NCBI GenBank assembly: GCA_040877625.1
Contig: JBBDNK010000001.1
Coordinates: 88,370-152,369, forward strand
Direction: 5' to 3'
DNA length: 64,000 nucleotides
From: Aquisalimonadaceae bacterium
GTDB taxonomy: Bacteria > Pseudomonadota > Gammaproteobacteria > Nitrococcales > Aquisalimonadaceae
Shown here: positions 10,401 through 22,459 of the stretch, piece after piece
How the letters are laid out: each line of letters opens with the position of its first letter
Position numbering within the stretch: position 1 is the first letter of the stretch
The notes under the pieces: generated by a model
What the model saw: only the letters and a program-made list of their open reading frames with translations
Databases searched by the model: none
Told to the model about the DNA's origin: nothing
Translations under genes and position numbers: made by a program

Positions 10401-11490
10401 CGCCGTCGTCCTCTATCGCCTGGACATGTACGCGGCTTGTCACGCCGCAAAGAAGTTCGTAACCAATGGTACCGGCATGGGCTGCGACCCGCTCCACCGG
10501 CAACCCCTCTCCCCAGAGCACTGCGGTGTCGCCGACGGATACCTGGTCTTCCAGGCCGCGCAGATCGACGCTGATCATGTCCATGGACACTCTGCCGACC
10601 AGCGTGGTTTCATGGCCATTCACAAGCACCGGCGTACCGCTTCCCGCGTGCCGCGGATAACCATCACCATAGCCTATGGCGATCACACCAACGGCCATGT
10701 CTTCAGGACAGGTCCAGGTACCTGCGTAACCGATGCGCTCCCCCGCCCGATAGCGGTTAATGGCAATCAACGGGCTGCACAGCGTCATCGCAGGCTGCAG
10801 CTCCGGCCGGAGATCACGGCTATCCACGAATGGATCCACACCGTAAAGCATCACACCGGGTCGTACCCAATCTGCATGGGTAGCAGGCCAGCCCAGCAGC
10901 CCCGCGGAATTGGCAAGTGAATGCTCGCCGGCCAAGCCGGCGGTCGCCGAGAAAAAAGTCTCCACCTGCATCGTAGTGGTAGACATGTCCCGGTCGTCGG
11001 CACTGGCCAGATGCGTAGCGAATCGGACATGCGTATTCACGGCGCCCATGCCGAGCAACCGGTCGTGAACGGCCGGAATCCGCTCCGGCGCGAACCCCAG
11101 CCGGTGCATGCCGGTATCCACCTTCAGCCACACCGACAATGGCCGTCCGGGCCGCGCGGCTTCAAGTACCTGCAACTGCCAATCGGAATGAATCATGAGG
11201 TCAAGCCGGTAGCGCCTGGCTAGCTCCACCTCCTGTGGCGTGAAGATACCCTCCAGCAACAAAATCGGATGCGCGTATCCCGCCTCGCGCAGAGGCACGG
11301 CTTCCTCCATGCAGGTAACGGCGAAGGCATCGGCGTGGCGCAAGGCAGCCGCGGCGCGAAGCAGACCGTGCCCATACCCATTGGCCTTGACCACAGCCAT
11401 GATTCTGGACTGCGGAGCAGCACGCCGGGCCACGTCCAGATTATGCCGCAGCGCGGACGTTCGGATCTCGGCCCGGGTATCCCGGCTCAC
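10375..11490 (-). CDS. alr: Alanine racemase
   Basis: 371 aa with the PLP-lysine motif AVVKANGYGHG. It follows dnaB, as in E. coli. The 3' end overlaps the radA start by 26 nt. Confidence 0.93.
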   Translation of the reverse strand: MSRDTRAEIRTSALRHNLDVARRAAPQSRIMAVVKANGYGHGLLRAAAALRHADAFAVTCMEEAVPLREAGYAHPILLLEGIFTPQEVELARRYRLDLMIHSDWQLQVLEAARPGRPLSVWLKVDTGMHRLGFAPERIPAVHDRLLGMGAVNTHVRFATHLASADDRDMSTTTMQVETFFSATAGLAGEHSLANSAGLLGWPATHADWVRPGVMLYGVDPFVDSRDLRPELQPAMTLCSPLIAINRYRAGERIGYAGTWTCPEDMAVGVIAIGYGDGYPRHAGSGTPVLVNGHETTLVGRVSMDMISVDLRGLEDQVSVGDTAVLWGEGLPVERVAAHAGTIGYELLCGVTSRVHVQAIEDDGDGPPPHAI

Positions 11491-12899
11491 TGGTACCCCT
11501 CGTCCCGGTAAATATCGTGAATATAATTCTCGAAGCGCGTGTACTTGCCGAGGAAGGTCAGCCGACAGGTGCCAATCGGGCCATTACGCTGTTTACCAAT
11601 GATGATCTCGGCGACTCCCTTGTCCGGGCTGTCCTCGTTATACACCTCGTCCCGATAGATAAAGACAATGATGTCCGCGTCCTGCTCGATGGCGCCGGAT
11701 TCACGCAGATCGGACATCACCGGCCGCTTGTTGGGACGCTGCTCAAGGCTGCGATTGAGCTGGGAAAGGGCAACCACCGGCACATCCAGTTCCTTGGCCA
11801 TGGATTTCAGTGATCGGGAAATCTCGGAAATCTCGCCCGTGCGATTTTCCTTAAATCCGGGAATCTGCATGAGCTGGAGATAATCCACCACGATCAGACC
11901 CAGCCCTCGCTCCCGCTTCAGCCGGCGCGCGCGGGCGCGCATTTCCGAAGGGGAAAGACCTGCCGAATCATCAATGTACAACTTTGCCTCGGATAACAGC
12001 CCCATGGTCGAGGTCAGGCGGGGCCAGTCTTCATCCTGTAGCTGCCCGGTGCGGATCTTCTGTAGTTCCACCCGCCCCAGGGAGGCCAGCATACGCATGG
12101 CCAGGGAATCCGCCGGCATTTCCATACTGAACACTGCCACCGGCTCGCTGCCCTTGAGTGCGGCATGTTCGGCCAGATTCATGGCGAAAGTCGTTTTGCC
12201 CATGGACGGCCTTGCCGCGACGATGATGAGATCACCTTTCTGCAAACCCGAAGTGCGCTCATCGAAATCCGTGAATCCGGTGGAAAGTCCGGTGAGACTG
12301 CCGTCCTGGTGATAAAGCGTGTCGATGCGCTCGACCACCGAAGGCAGCAATTCCTTGACGCCGACAAACCCCTTGCGAAAACGACCGCTGCTCTCCGCGA
12401 TCTCGAAGATCAGCCGCTCTGCCTCATCCAGCAACTCCTTGCTTTCGCGCCCTTCGGTCTGAAAGGCGCTACCCACCACCTGCGTACCGGCCCGTATCAT
12501 TTGCCGCAGCACGGACCGCTCCCGGACGATATCACCGTAGGAGGCAATATTCGCGGCGCTCGGGGTGTCCTTGGCAAGCCCGCCAAGGTAGGAGATGCCA
12601 CCGGCATCTTCCAGTAGTCCGGCGGAGCGCAGCCACTCGGAGAGGGTGACGACATCCATGGGCTGCTGCTCTTCTGCCAGTGCAGCCAATCCACGAAATA
12701 TCAGGCGATGATCGTGACGGTAGAAATCTGCTTCCGAAACCCGGTCTGCGACCCGATCCCAGGCTTCGTTGTCCACCATGAGACCGCCAAGAACGGCCTG
12801 CTCCGCCTCAAGTGAATGAGGGGGCACCTTGAGGGCTGCGGTATCGCTGGACATGGGATGTATATCAGCCATTCGATGAGGATCCCTCAGCAGAACCAA
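11487..12899 (-). CDS. dnaB: Replicative DNA helicase DnaB
   Basis: 470 aa from a TTG start with LKVPPHSLEAEQAVLGG and Walker A ARPSMGKTTF. The size rules out an intein. An ATG 9 codons downstream (12872) is an alternative start. Confidence 0.95.
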   Translation of the reverse strand: MVLLRDPHRMADIHPMSSDTAALKVPPHSLEAEQAVLGGLMVDNEAWDRVADRVSEADFYRHDHRLIFRGLAALAEEQQPMDVVTLSEWLRSAGLLEDAGGISYLGGLAKDTPSAANIASYGDIVRERSVLRQMIRAGTQVVGSAFQTEGRESKELLDEAERLIFEIAESSGRFRKGFVGVKELLPSVVERIDTLYHQDGSLTGLSTGFTDFDERTSGLQKGDLIIVAARPSMGKTTFAMNLAEHAALKGSEPVAVFSMEMPADSLAMRMLASLGRVELQKIRTGQLQDEDWPRLTSTMGLLSEAKLYIDDSAGLSPSEMRARARRLKRERGLGLIVVDYLQLMQIPGFKENRTGEISEISRSLKSMAKELDVPVVALSQLNRSLEQRPNKRPVMSDLRESGAIEQDADIIVFIYRDEVYNEDSPDKGVAEIIIGKQRNGPIGTCRLTFLGKYTRFENYIHDIYRDEGYQ

Positions 12900-12928
12900 G
12901 GACGCAATAGCTTGAGCCTGCCCTCAAG

Positions 12929-12986
12929 GGAGCCTCTGATGTATTCCCATGGAGACACTGAATTATTCGCGCCCCGGGAGACACAG
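12929..12986 (+). repeat. Three head-to-tail copies of the GGAGACACTG-type intergenic repeat
   Basis: - Copy 1: GGAGCCTCTGATGTATTCCCATGG (12929-12952), 21/24 identical to the 55895 unit.
- Copy 2: GGAGACACTGAATTATTC (12951-12968), 17/18 identical.
- Copy 3: GGGAGACACAG (12976-12986). Confidence 0.7.
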
Positions 12987-12987
12987 C

Positions 12988-13015
12988 GGCCCGCGCCAAT
13001 AACGTGGCGCGGGCC
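12988..13015 (-). terminator. GC-rich hairpin downstream of rplI (possible terminator)
   Basis: A perfect 11-bp stem, GGCCCGCGCCA (12988-12998) with TGGCGCGGGCC (13005-13015), and a 6-nt loop. It lies 49 nt after the rplI stop. No clear U-run follows. Confidence 0.45.
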
Positions 13016-13063
13016 GCCCAGACCATCCGACATGCCGGTACCATCAGGCACCGGTCACGTTGC

Positions 13064-13513
13064 TCAGCTTTCGGCTACGACCACAACCTTGATCGTGGCG
13101 TCCACATCCGAATGCAGATGAACAGTGATCTCGTATTCGCCAATTGCACGCAGCGGACCTTCCGGCAACCGTACTTCGTGACGATCGATCTCGACCCCGG
13201 CGGCGTTCACGGCATCCGCGATGTCGGTGGTGCCGACCGAGCCAAACAGCTTGCCTTCGTCCCCCGCCTTGGCAGCAACGCTGACTTCCAGCCCTTCCAT
13301 CCGGGCCTTGCGCGCTTCGGCGGCCGCCAGCGCCTCTGCAGCCTGTTTCTCCAGTTCCGCACGACGCTCTTCGAAGAGCTTCAGGTTTTCAGCAGTAGCC
13401 GGTTTGGCCTTGCCCTGCGGGACCAGAAAATTACGGCCATAGCCGGGACGCACATTTACCTTGTCGCCCAGGTTACCCAGGTTCTCCACCTTCTCCAGGA
13501 GAATGACTTCCAT
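13064..13513 (-). CDS. rplI: 50S ribosomal protein L9
   Basis: 149 aa starting [30 protein letters not shown]. The ATG at 13513 is preferred over the longer ORF-track start. Confidence 0.94.
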   Translation of the reverse strand: MEVILLEKVENLGNLGDKVNVRPGYGRNFLVPQGKAKPATAENLKLFEERRAELEKQAAEALAAAEARKARMEGLEVSVAAKAGDEGKLFGSVGTTDIADAVNAAGVEIDRHEVRLPEGPLRAIGEYEITVHLHSDVDATIKVVVVAES

Positions 13514-13582
13514 CGTTCCAACCTCAATGGTTGCGAGTCTATCGGAGTACGGGCAGAACCCCTTCTCCATGACTGTTATCGG

Positions 13583-14464
13583 TTAACCGTCTCCAGCGGC
13601 AGGCTTGTCCAGCAGCCGACGACGGATATCAAGCCAGGCATCCAGAATACCCAGCAAAGCCACCGCCATGAAGGCGACGGGTAGCAACACGTATGGCACC
13701 ACCAGGAGTGCCGCATTCCAGCCTCTGCCATGCACCACGGCATGCACCAGTGCCAGGGTCTGAACCGCAAACAACCCCGCCAACAACAACGCCATGTCGT
13801 TGAGCAGCCCGGGGCCGGCAAATGTGGCTGCCAGCATGATCACCAGCGCGGCGGCGGCAAGGCGCCAGTCAAGACGCAGAGCATGGAACTCCTGACGAAA
13901 ACCGCCCGGATTATACAACGCCGCCTGCCAGGCGCGACCCAGCAGCAATCCTATCAGTACATTCAGCCATAAACCCAGCGCCATGAACGTGGCCAGGTAC
14001 TGACCGAACAGGTCCATGACCTGATTGAACTGGGCTTCTCCCATGTCCTGCTCAAGACCGGCCAGGCGCAAGCGCCAGAAAGCCTCGGGATCCTGCACCA
14101 TGAGGTGCCAGAGCATGACGCCCACCATGGCCAGCGCGGTACCGGCGACCAGCGCCAGGGGCAACGAAACCGTTGCCCGAAGCACGGCGGCCGTCAGGAA
14201 AATGGGCAACCAGACAAGCAGCAGCAAGCTGATCACCCCACCCGGATGCCCGGAGAACATCATCTCCAGCGCGGCCAGCACCAGCACCGCTGCGCCCGTA
14301 ACCAGGCCACCCTCGGTTACACCCCGACGCAATACAACCAACGACACCGCTGCACAGCCCAACCAGGCTATAAACGGCAGCAACGACGTGCCGGCGATGA
14401 AAGCAATCGCCGGCAGGCGACCGCGCATGATTAATCCGGCAAGTCCCTTCATGGGCGGCACCAC
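13583..14464 (-). CDS. Polytopic inner-membrane protein of unknown function (DUF2232-like by recollection)
   Basis: 293 aa, very hydrophobic with multiple predicted TM helices and no catalytic motif recognised. It fills the slot between rpsR and rplI. Confidence 0.6.
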   Translation of the reverse strand: MVPPMKGLAGLIMRGRLPAIAFIAGTSLLPFIAWLGCAAVSLVVLRRGVTEGGLVTGAAVLVLAALEMMFSGHPGGVISLLLLVWLPIFLTAAVLRATVSLPLALVAGTALAMVGVMLWHLMVQDPEAFWRLRLAGLEQDMGEAQFNQVMDLFGQYLATFMALGLWLNVLIGLLLGRAWQAALYNPGGFRQEFHALRLDWRLAAAALVIMLAATFAGPGLLNDMALLLAGLFAVQTLALVHAVVHGRGWNAALLVVPYVLLPVAFMAVALLGILDAWLDIRRRLLDKPAAGDG

Positions 14465-14486
14465 GGCCCGTCAGGGCCGGTTCGAC

Positions 14487-14711
14487 TCAGTGGCGGTCGG
14501 TGTACGGCAACAGCGCCAGATAGCGGGCGCGCTTTACGGCTGCCGCCAGCTGCCGCTGGTAACGCGCGCTGGTTCCGGTGATGCGGCTCGGGACGATCTT
14601 GCCGGTTTCAGTAATGTAATTCCTCAGGGTGTTGAGGTCCTTGTAATCGATTTCCTTCACGCCCTCGGCGGTAAAGCGGCAGTATTTGCGGCGGCGGAAA
14701 AAACGTGCCAT
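14487..14711 (-). CDS. rpsR: 30S ribosomal protein S18
   Basis: 74 aa, [25 protein letters not shown]... Confidence 0.96.
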   Translation of the reverse strand: MARFFRRRKYCRFTAEGVKEIDYKDLNTLRNYITETGKIVPSRITGTSARYQRQLAAAVKRARYLALLPYTDRH

Positions 14712-14803
14712 GTCAGCAACTCCTAAAAATGGTCATCTGGTCGGGCCCGACGCGAGACGGTCTCGTTCCGCATGCCGGCAGCCCGCGGTCAAACTCCGTG
14801 GGC

Positions 14804-15247
14804 TCAGGCCTCGGAATCGACCTCGTCAGTCTCTTCGCCATGGTCCTCATCGGACCGGGTCGGACGGTCATCACGGGAGGCACGCGGCGGGCGCTCATCG
14901 TCGTCACCGCGGCGACCGCGGCTGTCGTCCTTTTCCTTGGTCATGATGGACGGTTCGGTCACTGCCTCGTCACGGGCCAGGAACATGTGACGGATAACCG
15001 CATCATTGAAGCGGAACGCAGAGGTCAGCTCCTCGACTTCTTCCTGCCCGCACTCAATGTTCATGAGCACGTAGTGCGCCTTGATGAGCTTTCTGATGGG
15101 GTATGCCAGTTGACGGCGACCCCAGTCCTCCAGGCGATGAACCTTGCCACCCTTGGACTCGACCGTGGCGCGATAGCGCTCGATCATGGCTGGAACCTGC
15201 TCGCTCTGGTCCGGATGAACCAGAAATACCACTTCGTAGTGTCGCAT
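14804..15247 (-). CDS. rpsF: 30S ribosomal protein S6 (long charged C-terminal tail)
   Basis: Starts [18 protein letters not shown], with an ATG at 15247 preceded by GGGAG. The last ~45 aa are Asp/Glu/Arg-rich. Confidence 0.93.
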   Translation of the reverse strand: MRHYEVVFLVHPDQSEQVPAMIERYRATVESKGGKVHRLEDWGRRQLAYPIRKLIKAHYVLMNIECGQEEVEELTSAFRFNDAVIRHMFLARDEAVTEPSIMTKEKDDSRGRRGDDDERPPRASRDDRPTRSDEDHGEETDEVDSEA

Positions 15248-15396
15248 TGTCACTCCCTACGGATGATCGGAACTCTCGGCCCGATGAAGCCCCCGAAAAA
15301 ATCGTGGGGCAGGGAATTCCCGGATCGGCCGACCCAGGAAAGGCGTGGAGTATAAGGCAATTGCATGCGGGGTAAAAGGGCCGAGACCACTTGGAC

Positions 15397-16143
15397 TTAC
15401 GGGCTTGACCGTTGTCTCACTGCCTCGAAGAGCATGACGCCGGTGGCCACCGAGACGTTCAGGCTTTCCACGCCGCCCGCCATGGGCAAATGAGCCAGAT
15501 AGTCGCAGGCTTCGCGGGTAAGGCGCCGCAGCCCGTCGCCTTCAGCTCCCATGACGATCGCCAGCGGGCCGGTGAGGTCCAGCGTGTAGACCGATTGTTC
15601 GGCTTCGCCGGCCGCTCCCACCAGCCAGATACCCTGGCGTTTGAGCACATCGAGCGTGCGGGCGAGATTGGTGACCTGAAAGAATGGCACCGTGCGGGTC
15701 GCACCGGATGCCACCTTGTGAACTGTCGCGGTCAGGCCCGCGGCTCTGTCCCTCGGCGCAATCACCGCGTGCACGCCGGCGGCGTCGGCGGTACGCAGGC
15801 AGGCGCCCAGATTGTGGGGATCCTGCACCTGGTCGAGCACCAGCAGGAACGGTGCGGCATCGAGCCCGGCCAGGAGGCTTTCAAGGTCCTCCTCGGAACG
15901 GGGTGTTTCACCCCGGTATCTGATGAGTACGCCCTGATGGGCGGCATCATCCGTTCTCCGGTCCAGGTCGCGCTTATCCACTGAATGGATCTTCACGCCA
16001 AGCCCCTGGAGTTCCTCGCGCAGACGCGTCATGCGCGCATCTCTGCGTGACTTTTCCACCCAGACCTCCAGCACCTTGCCTGGGTCGTACTTCAAAGCCG
16101 CCCGTACGGCGTGCTGGCCGTGAATGTAGACGTCCTCTGCCAT
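15397..16143 (-). CDS. rlmB: 23S rRNA (guanosine-2'-O)-methyltransferase RlmB (SpoU family)
   Basis: 248 aa with a SpoU/TrmH fold and C-terminal motifs GAEGDGLR and ESLNVSVA. It follows rnr with a 1-nt overlap, as in enterics. Confidence 0.87.
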   Translation of the reverse strand: MAEDVYIHGQHAVRAALKYDPGKVLEVWVEKSRRDARMTRLREELQGLGVKIHSVDKRDLDRRTDDAAHQGVLIRYRGETPRSEEDLESLLAGLDAAPFLLVLDQVQDPHNLGACLRTADAAGVHAVIAPRDRAAGLTATVHKVASGATRTVPFFQVTNLARTLDVLKRQGIWLVGAAGEAEQSVYTLDLTGPLAIVMGAEGDGLRRLTREACDYLAHLPMAGGVESLNVSVATGVMLFEAVRQRSSP

Positions 16144-18476
16144 TAACGCCTGCCCTTGGGCCCGCCGCGCCTTCCGCCAGGAGCATCGCGGGCACCGCGC
16201 GGCCCCTTGTCCCGACCCGGACCACGCTTGCGTGGGGCGCCGCGGTCCTTACCGCCGGATGCCATGGGGACAAACTCACCCTGGCCTGCATATTTTCCGA
16301 GCATGACCAGATCGATCTTGCGTTCGTCCGGGTTCACCTGAGCCACTTTGACCCGGACCCGATCGGTCAACTTGTATATTACCCCGCTGCGCTCACCGGT
16401 CAGTTGGTGGCCTACGGGATCGAAGTGGAAGAAGTCATTTTCGAGGGCGGTCACATGGACCAGACCGTCCACGTAGACATCGGCGAGTTCAATGAACAAC
16501 CCAAACCCGGTAACGCCGGTTATGACGCCGTCGAACTCTTCACCGATGCGGTCGCGCATGAAATGGCATTTCATGATCATCAACGCATCGCGCGTTGCTT
16601 CATCGGCTCGCCGCTCGGTCATCGAACAATGTTCGCCGAGGCTCAGCATGGCATCCTTGTTCATCGGGAAATCGGCGGCCTTGCCATCATCCAGGACATG
16701 ACCGATGGCGCGATGGACCTGAAGATCAGGATAGCGTCGGATCGGTGACGTGAAATGGGCGTATTCCTGCATGGCCAGCCCGAAATGACCGACATTGTCA
16801 GGGTGGTAAACGGCCTGCTGCAGAGAACGCAGCATGATCGCCTGGATCATGCTGCGATCAGGCCGTTGCTTGACCTGCTCCATGAGCCTGGCGTAATCAC
16901 GCGCCTGTGGCGAATCACCCCCGCCCAGCTTCAAGCCGACGCCGGCAAGAAATAGTCGCAGGTTGTCCAGACGGTCCGCTTCCGGGCCCTCGTGAATACG
17001 AAACAGGGCGGGAATTCGATGACGGCGAAGATAACGCGCGGTAGCCATGTTGGCGGCGAGCATGCACTCTTCCACCACCTTGTGCGCCTCGTTCCGCTCG
17101 ACCGGTTCAATGGCCTGGATGCTGCCTTTCTCGTCGAATACGATCTGGGTTTCGGTGCTCTCGAAATCGATCGCCCCGCGCTGACCCCGCGCTTCCCGCA
17201 GGGCCTTGTACAGAGCAAAAAGGTTGTCCAGATGCGGCAGCAGATCGCTATAGCGCTCTCGCAGTGCCGGCTCGCGGTCCACGAGTATGCGCGCCACAAC
17301 GTCATAGAGCATCCGTGCACGAGAGCGCATGACGGCCCGGAAAAACCGTGACCTGCGGATCTGACCGTTGGCACCGATCAAAATCTCGCTGACCATGCAC
17401 AGCCGATCCACCCGGGGGTTCAGCGAACACAGGCCGTTCGAAAGTTTCTCCGGCAACATGGGAACGACTTCGCCAGGGAAATAGACGGAGTTGCCGCGCT
17501 TCCTCGCCTCGGTGTCCAGCGGCGTACCGGGCCGGACATAATGGGAAACATCGGCAATGGCCACCAGCAGCCGCCAGCCTGTTTGCGTCTTTTCGGCGTA
17601 GATGGCATCGTCGAAATCGCGAGCGTCGGCTCCATCAATCGTTACCAGCGGGACATTGCGCAGATCCACTCTCCCGTCCATGGCTTCCGGCGTTACATGA
17701 TCCGGGATCGCCGCGACCTGCTCCAATACCTCTGCCGGCCACTCGATGGGAATGTCGTAGGTAAGCGCTGCCGTGTGAACTTCGGATCCAGGCGCAATAT
17801 GCTCGCCCAGCACCTGAATGATGCGGCCGATCGGCTGAGTGCGGGGGCCGGGCTGCTGCTGCAGCTCAACCACGGCGAGTTCGCCATCGGCGGCGTTCCC
17901 CTCCTCTCCCGCCGGGATCATGATATCCAGGTGCAGTCGCCGGTTCTGCGGAACGACGAAGCCAACGCCACTCTCATTGAAATAGCGGCCCACGATCGTG
18001 CGATTGACGCGCGTCAATACATCAACCAGCTTTCCTTCCGGCTTGCCCTGCGGATCGAACCCGATCACCTGCACCACCGCCCGATCACCGTGCAGCGCCC
18101 GACGCATGTCACGGGGGGAAAGAAAGATGCGCTCACCGCCGACGTCCGGGGCCAGCCAGCCGTAGCCCTCGGCGTGCCCTATCACCCGGCCACGAATAAG
18201 TTCCTCGTGATCCACCGGCAGATAGCCGCCACGCCGATTACGGATCAGCTGCCCGTCTCGCTCCATGGCGATCAGGCGACGCCGCAATCCTTCCAGTGCG
18301 TCCTCGTCGTCCAGCGTCAGCAGATCGGCGACTTCCTCACGGGTCAGGGGACGCGCCTGCTCGTTCAGCAGATCAAGGATGAATTCACGGCTGGGGATGG
18401 GATTGTCATACTTCTGCCGCTCACGGTCGAGGTGAGGATCGGACCGCGGATCGACGTTTTTGGGAGGGGTGGTCAT
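16143..18476 (-). CDS. rnr: Ribonuclease R
   Basis: 777 aa with an RNB catalytic domain, cold-shock and S1 domains, and a Lys/Arg/Gly-rich C-terminal tail. Confidence 0.94.
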   Translation of the reverse strand: MTTPPKNVDPRSDPHLDRERQKYDNPIPSREFILDLLNEQARPLTREEVADLLTLDDEDALEGLRRRLIAMERDGQLIRNRRGGYLPVDHEELIRGRVIGHAEGYGWLAPDVGGERIFLSPRDMRRALHGDRAVVQVIGFDPQGKPEGKLVDVLTRVNRTIVGRYFNESGVGFVVPQNRRLHLDIMIPAGEEGNAADGELAVVELQQQPGPRTQPIGRIIQVLGEHIAPGSEVHTAALTYDIPIEWPAEVLEQVAAIPDHVTPEAMDGRVDLRNVPLVTIDGADARDFDDAIYAEKTQTGWRLLVAIADVSHYVRPGTPLDTEARKRGNSVYFPGEVVPMLPEKLSNGLCSLNPRVDRLCMVSEILIGANGQIRRSRFFRAVMRSRARMLYDVVARILVDREPALRERYSDLLPHLDNLFALYKALREARGQRGAIDFESTETQIVFDEKGSIQAIEPVERNEAHKVVEECMLAANMATARYLRRHRIPALFRIHEGPEADRLDNLRLFLAGVGLKLGGGDSPQARDYARLMEQVKQRPDRSMIQAIMLRSLQQAVYHPDNVGHFGLAMQEYAHFTSPIRRYPDLQVHRAIGHVLDDGKAADFPMNKDAMLSLGEHCSMTERRADEATRDALMIMKCHFMRDRIGEEFDGVITGVTGFGLFIELADVYVDGLVHVTALENDFFHFDPVGHQLTGERSGVIYKLTDRVRVKVAQVNPDERKIDLVMLGKYAGQGEFVPMASGGKDRGAPRKRGPGRDKGPRGARDAPGGRRGGPKGRR

Positions 18477-18619
18477 GCCTTGGCGAATACTCCATGTTTT
18501 GTGCTACCACGCCAGCAAATGTGCGCGGTTTCTATCAATCTGGAGCAGGATACGCTAATACGTCCCGCATGCAATCAACACCTTGCGCGCATGTTCATCA
18601 TCTGGACCGCCAAGAGTCG

Positions 18620-18648
18620 TTGACAGCCTCATGGCCCATGGGTAAAGT
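18620..18648 (+). promoter_or_regulatory. Sigma-70 promoter of tRNA-Leu(CAG)
   Basis: TTGACA-17 nt-TAAAGT. The -10 element ends 44 nt upstream of the tRNA 5' end. Confidence 0.6.
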
Positions 18649-18692
18649 ACGCGGCCTATCGGGTGTGGCGGCTTTTCAGCCGTACTCTCCGA

Positions 18693-18779
<87 letters not shown>

Positions 18780-18789
18780 AACAGAGTAG

Positions 18790-18820
18790 AAAAAGGCGAT
18801 CCCCAGGGGTCGCCTTTTTT
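18790..18820 (+). terminator. Rho-independent terminator of tRNA-Leu(CAG)
   Basis: AAAAAGGCGATCCCC pairs with GGGGTCGCCTTTTTT (one bulge), followed by a 6-nt T-run. Confidence 0.8.
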
Positions 18821-18869
18821 ATTGCGACCAAGTGTAATTGTGCGCTCAGGGGCCGACTGGCGCCCCCTT

Positions 18870-18881
18870 AAGGAGACACTG
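18870..18881 (+). repeat. Single copy of the AAGGAGACACTG intergenic repeat core
   Basis: CTTAAGGAGACACTG is an exact 12-mer match to 55892-55903. It lies 7 nt from the stop codon of the AEC transporter gene, on the opposite strand. Confidence 0.6.
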
Positions 18882-18888
18882 CCGGCAT

Positions 18889-19836
18889 TCAGATCGCCAC
18901 CACGAGCACCACGATCATGGCGGGAATAGCCAGCAGATGGCTGACCAGAATGGTGCCTGAAGCCAGCGGTTCATCACCGCCCATCTGCCTGACCAGTACG
19001 TAGGAAGCCGTCGCGGAAGGGCAGGCCATCAGGATCAGCAGCAGCAACGTATGCTCCGCAGTCAGCCCGAGTTGAACGGCGAGCAGATAGCCTACCGCCG
19101 GAAGCAACAACAACTTCATCAACGAGCCGACGACGGCCCACCGCAGGCTGCCATGAACGCGGGTTGTATGAAGGGTCCCGCCGATACAGATCAGTGCCAA
19201 CGGCAGTGCCATCTGACCGATGGCCGACAGGGTGCGCTCCGCCAGCATGGGCAATTCAGTTGCGGTCCAGGAAAGCGTCAACCCCACGATGCAGGCAATC
19301 AGAATGGGGTTGGTCATGAGACCGCGCATGGCTGCTGACAGGGCGTCGTTGCGCTTGACGCCGCCACCATGAAGCAGTACCAGAACCGCCATCACGTTGT
19401 ACAGCACCACCATTGGACCGAATACAAGAAGCAGGCTGGATTCAACGCCTGCCGCTGCCTCACCCAGCCCGGAGAAGGCGTAAAGCACGATAGGCAGGCC
19501 GACAAAGATCAGGTTGCCGCGAAACACCCCCAGCACAAACGTACTTCGGGATTCCAGGGGAATCGCCAGCACGCGCGCGACGATCACGGCAGCCAGCGCG
19601 CCAATCAATGTGGTGGCGAAGCCGACGATAAGCACGCCACCCATGGTCCCGATTTCCGGGCTGGATGCAGCAGTACGGTAAACCAGCAAGCTTGGCAGGC
19701 CGACCCAGTACGTCAGCCTGTTCATATCGTGCAATGCCCGGGCCGACAGAAATCCCGTCCTGACCAGAGCCCACCCCAATGCAATGATCAGCGTAACCGG
19801 CGCCAGGATGTTGATGATGGTCGCAATCAGAGACAT
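18889..19836 (-). CDS. AEC (auxin efflux carrier) family transporter
   Basis: 315 aa, ~10 TM helices. The N-terminus MSLIATIINILAPVTLIIALGW and overall pattern are typical of the AEC/membrane transport family. Confidence 0.75.
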   Translation of the reverse strand: MSLIATIINILAPVTLIIALGWALVRTGFLSARALHDMNRLTYWVGLPSLLVYRTAASSPEIGTMGGVLIVGFATTLIGALAAVIVARVLAIPLESRSTFVLGVFRGNLIFVGLPIVLYAFSGLGEAAAGVESSLLLVFGPMVVLYNVMAVLVLLHGGGVKRNDALSAAMRGLMTNPILIACIVGLTLSWTATELPMLAERTLSAIGQMALPLALICIGGTLHTTRVHGSLRWAVVGSLMKLLLLPAVGYLLAVQLGLTAEHTLLLLILMACPSATASYVLVRQMGGDEPLASGTILVSHLLAIPAMIVVLVVAI

Positions 19837-19859
19837 ATTTCGCGTGGCCGTAACGCCAA

Positions 19860-19897
19860 CCGGCTCCTGATCTGGCGGCGCGCCGGTCAGGAGCCGG
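19860..19897 (-). terminator. Hairpin downstream of purA (possible terminator)
   Basis: CCGGCTCCTGA (19860-19870) pairs with TCAGGAGCCGG (19887-19897), extendable to 13 bp. It lies 9 nt after the purA stop. No strong U-run follows. Confidence 0.45.
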
Positions 19898-19905
19898 AAT
19901 CTGTT

Positions 19906-22453
<2,548 letters not shown>

Positions 22454-22459
22454 GACTCC

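Noticed and set aside
12929-12986. CRISPR-like or VNTR array.
   Set aside because: There are only three decaying copies, with a 22-25-nt period and essentially no spacers, and no cas genes in the window. It is better described as tandem copies of the dispersed GGAGACACTG repeat.
12816-13121. A 101-aa plus-strand ORF; from the SD-ATG of repeat copy 1 it would encode a 60-aa peptide MYSHGDTELF...
   Set aside because: It runs antisense into the rplI 3' end, has no recognisable family, and its start region is repeat sequence. It is retained only as a hypothesis within the repeat finding.
14712-14803. Possible degenerate priB between rpsF and rpsR.
   Set aside because: The gap is only 92 nt with no ORF. 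priB is absent, not decayed.
15248-15396. Possible S6:S18-binding autoregulatory leader upstream of rpsF.
   Set aside because: Such leaders are described in the literature, but I could not identify the conserved structure by eye. A covariance-model (Rfam) scan would be needed.
18780-19905. Possible genomic island integrated at tRNA-Leu(CAG).
   Set aside because: Only one ordinary transporter gene is present. There is no integrase or recombinase, no direct repeat of the tRNA 3' end, and the composition looks like the surrounding DNA.
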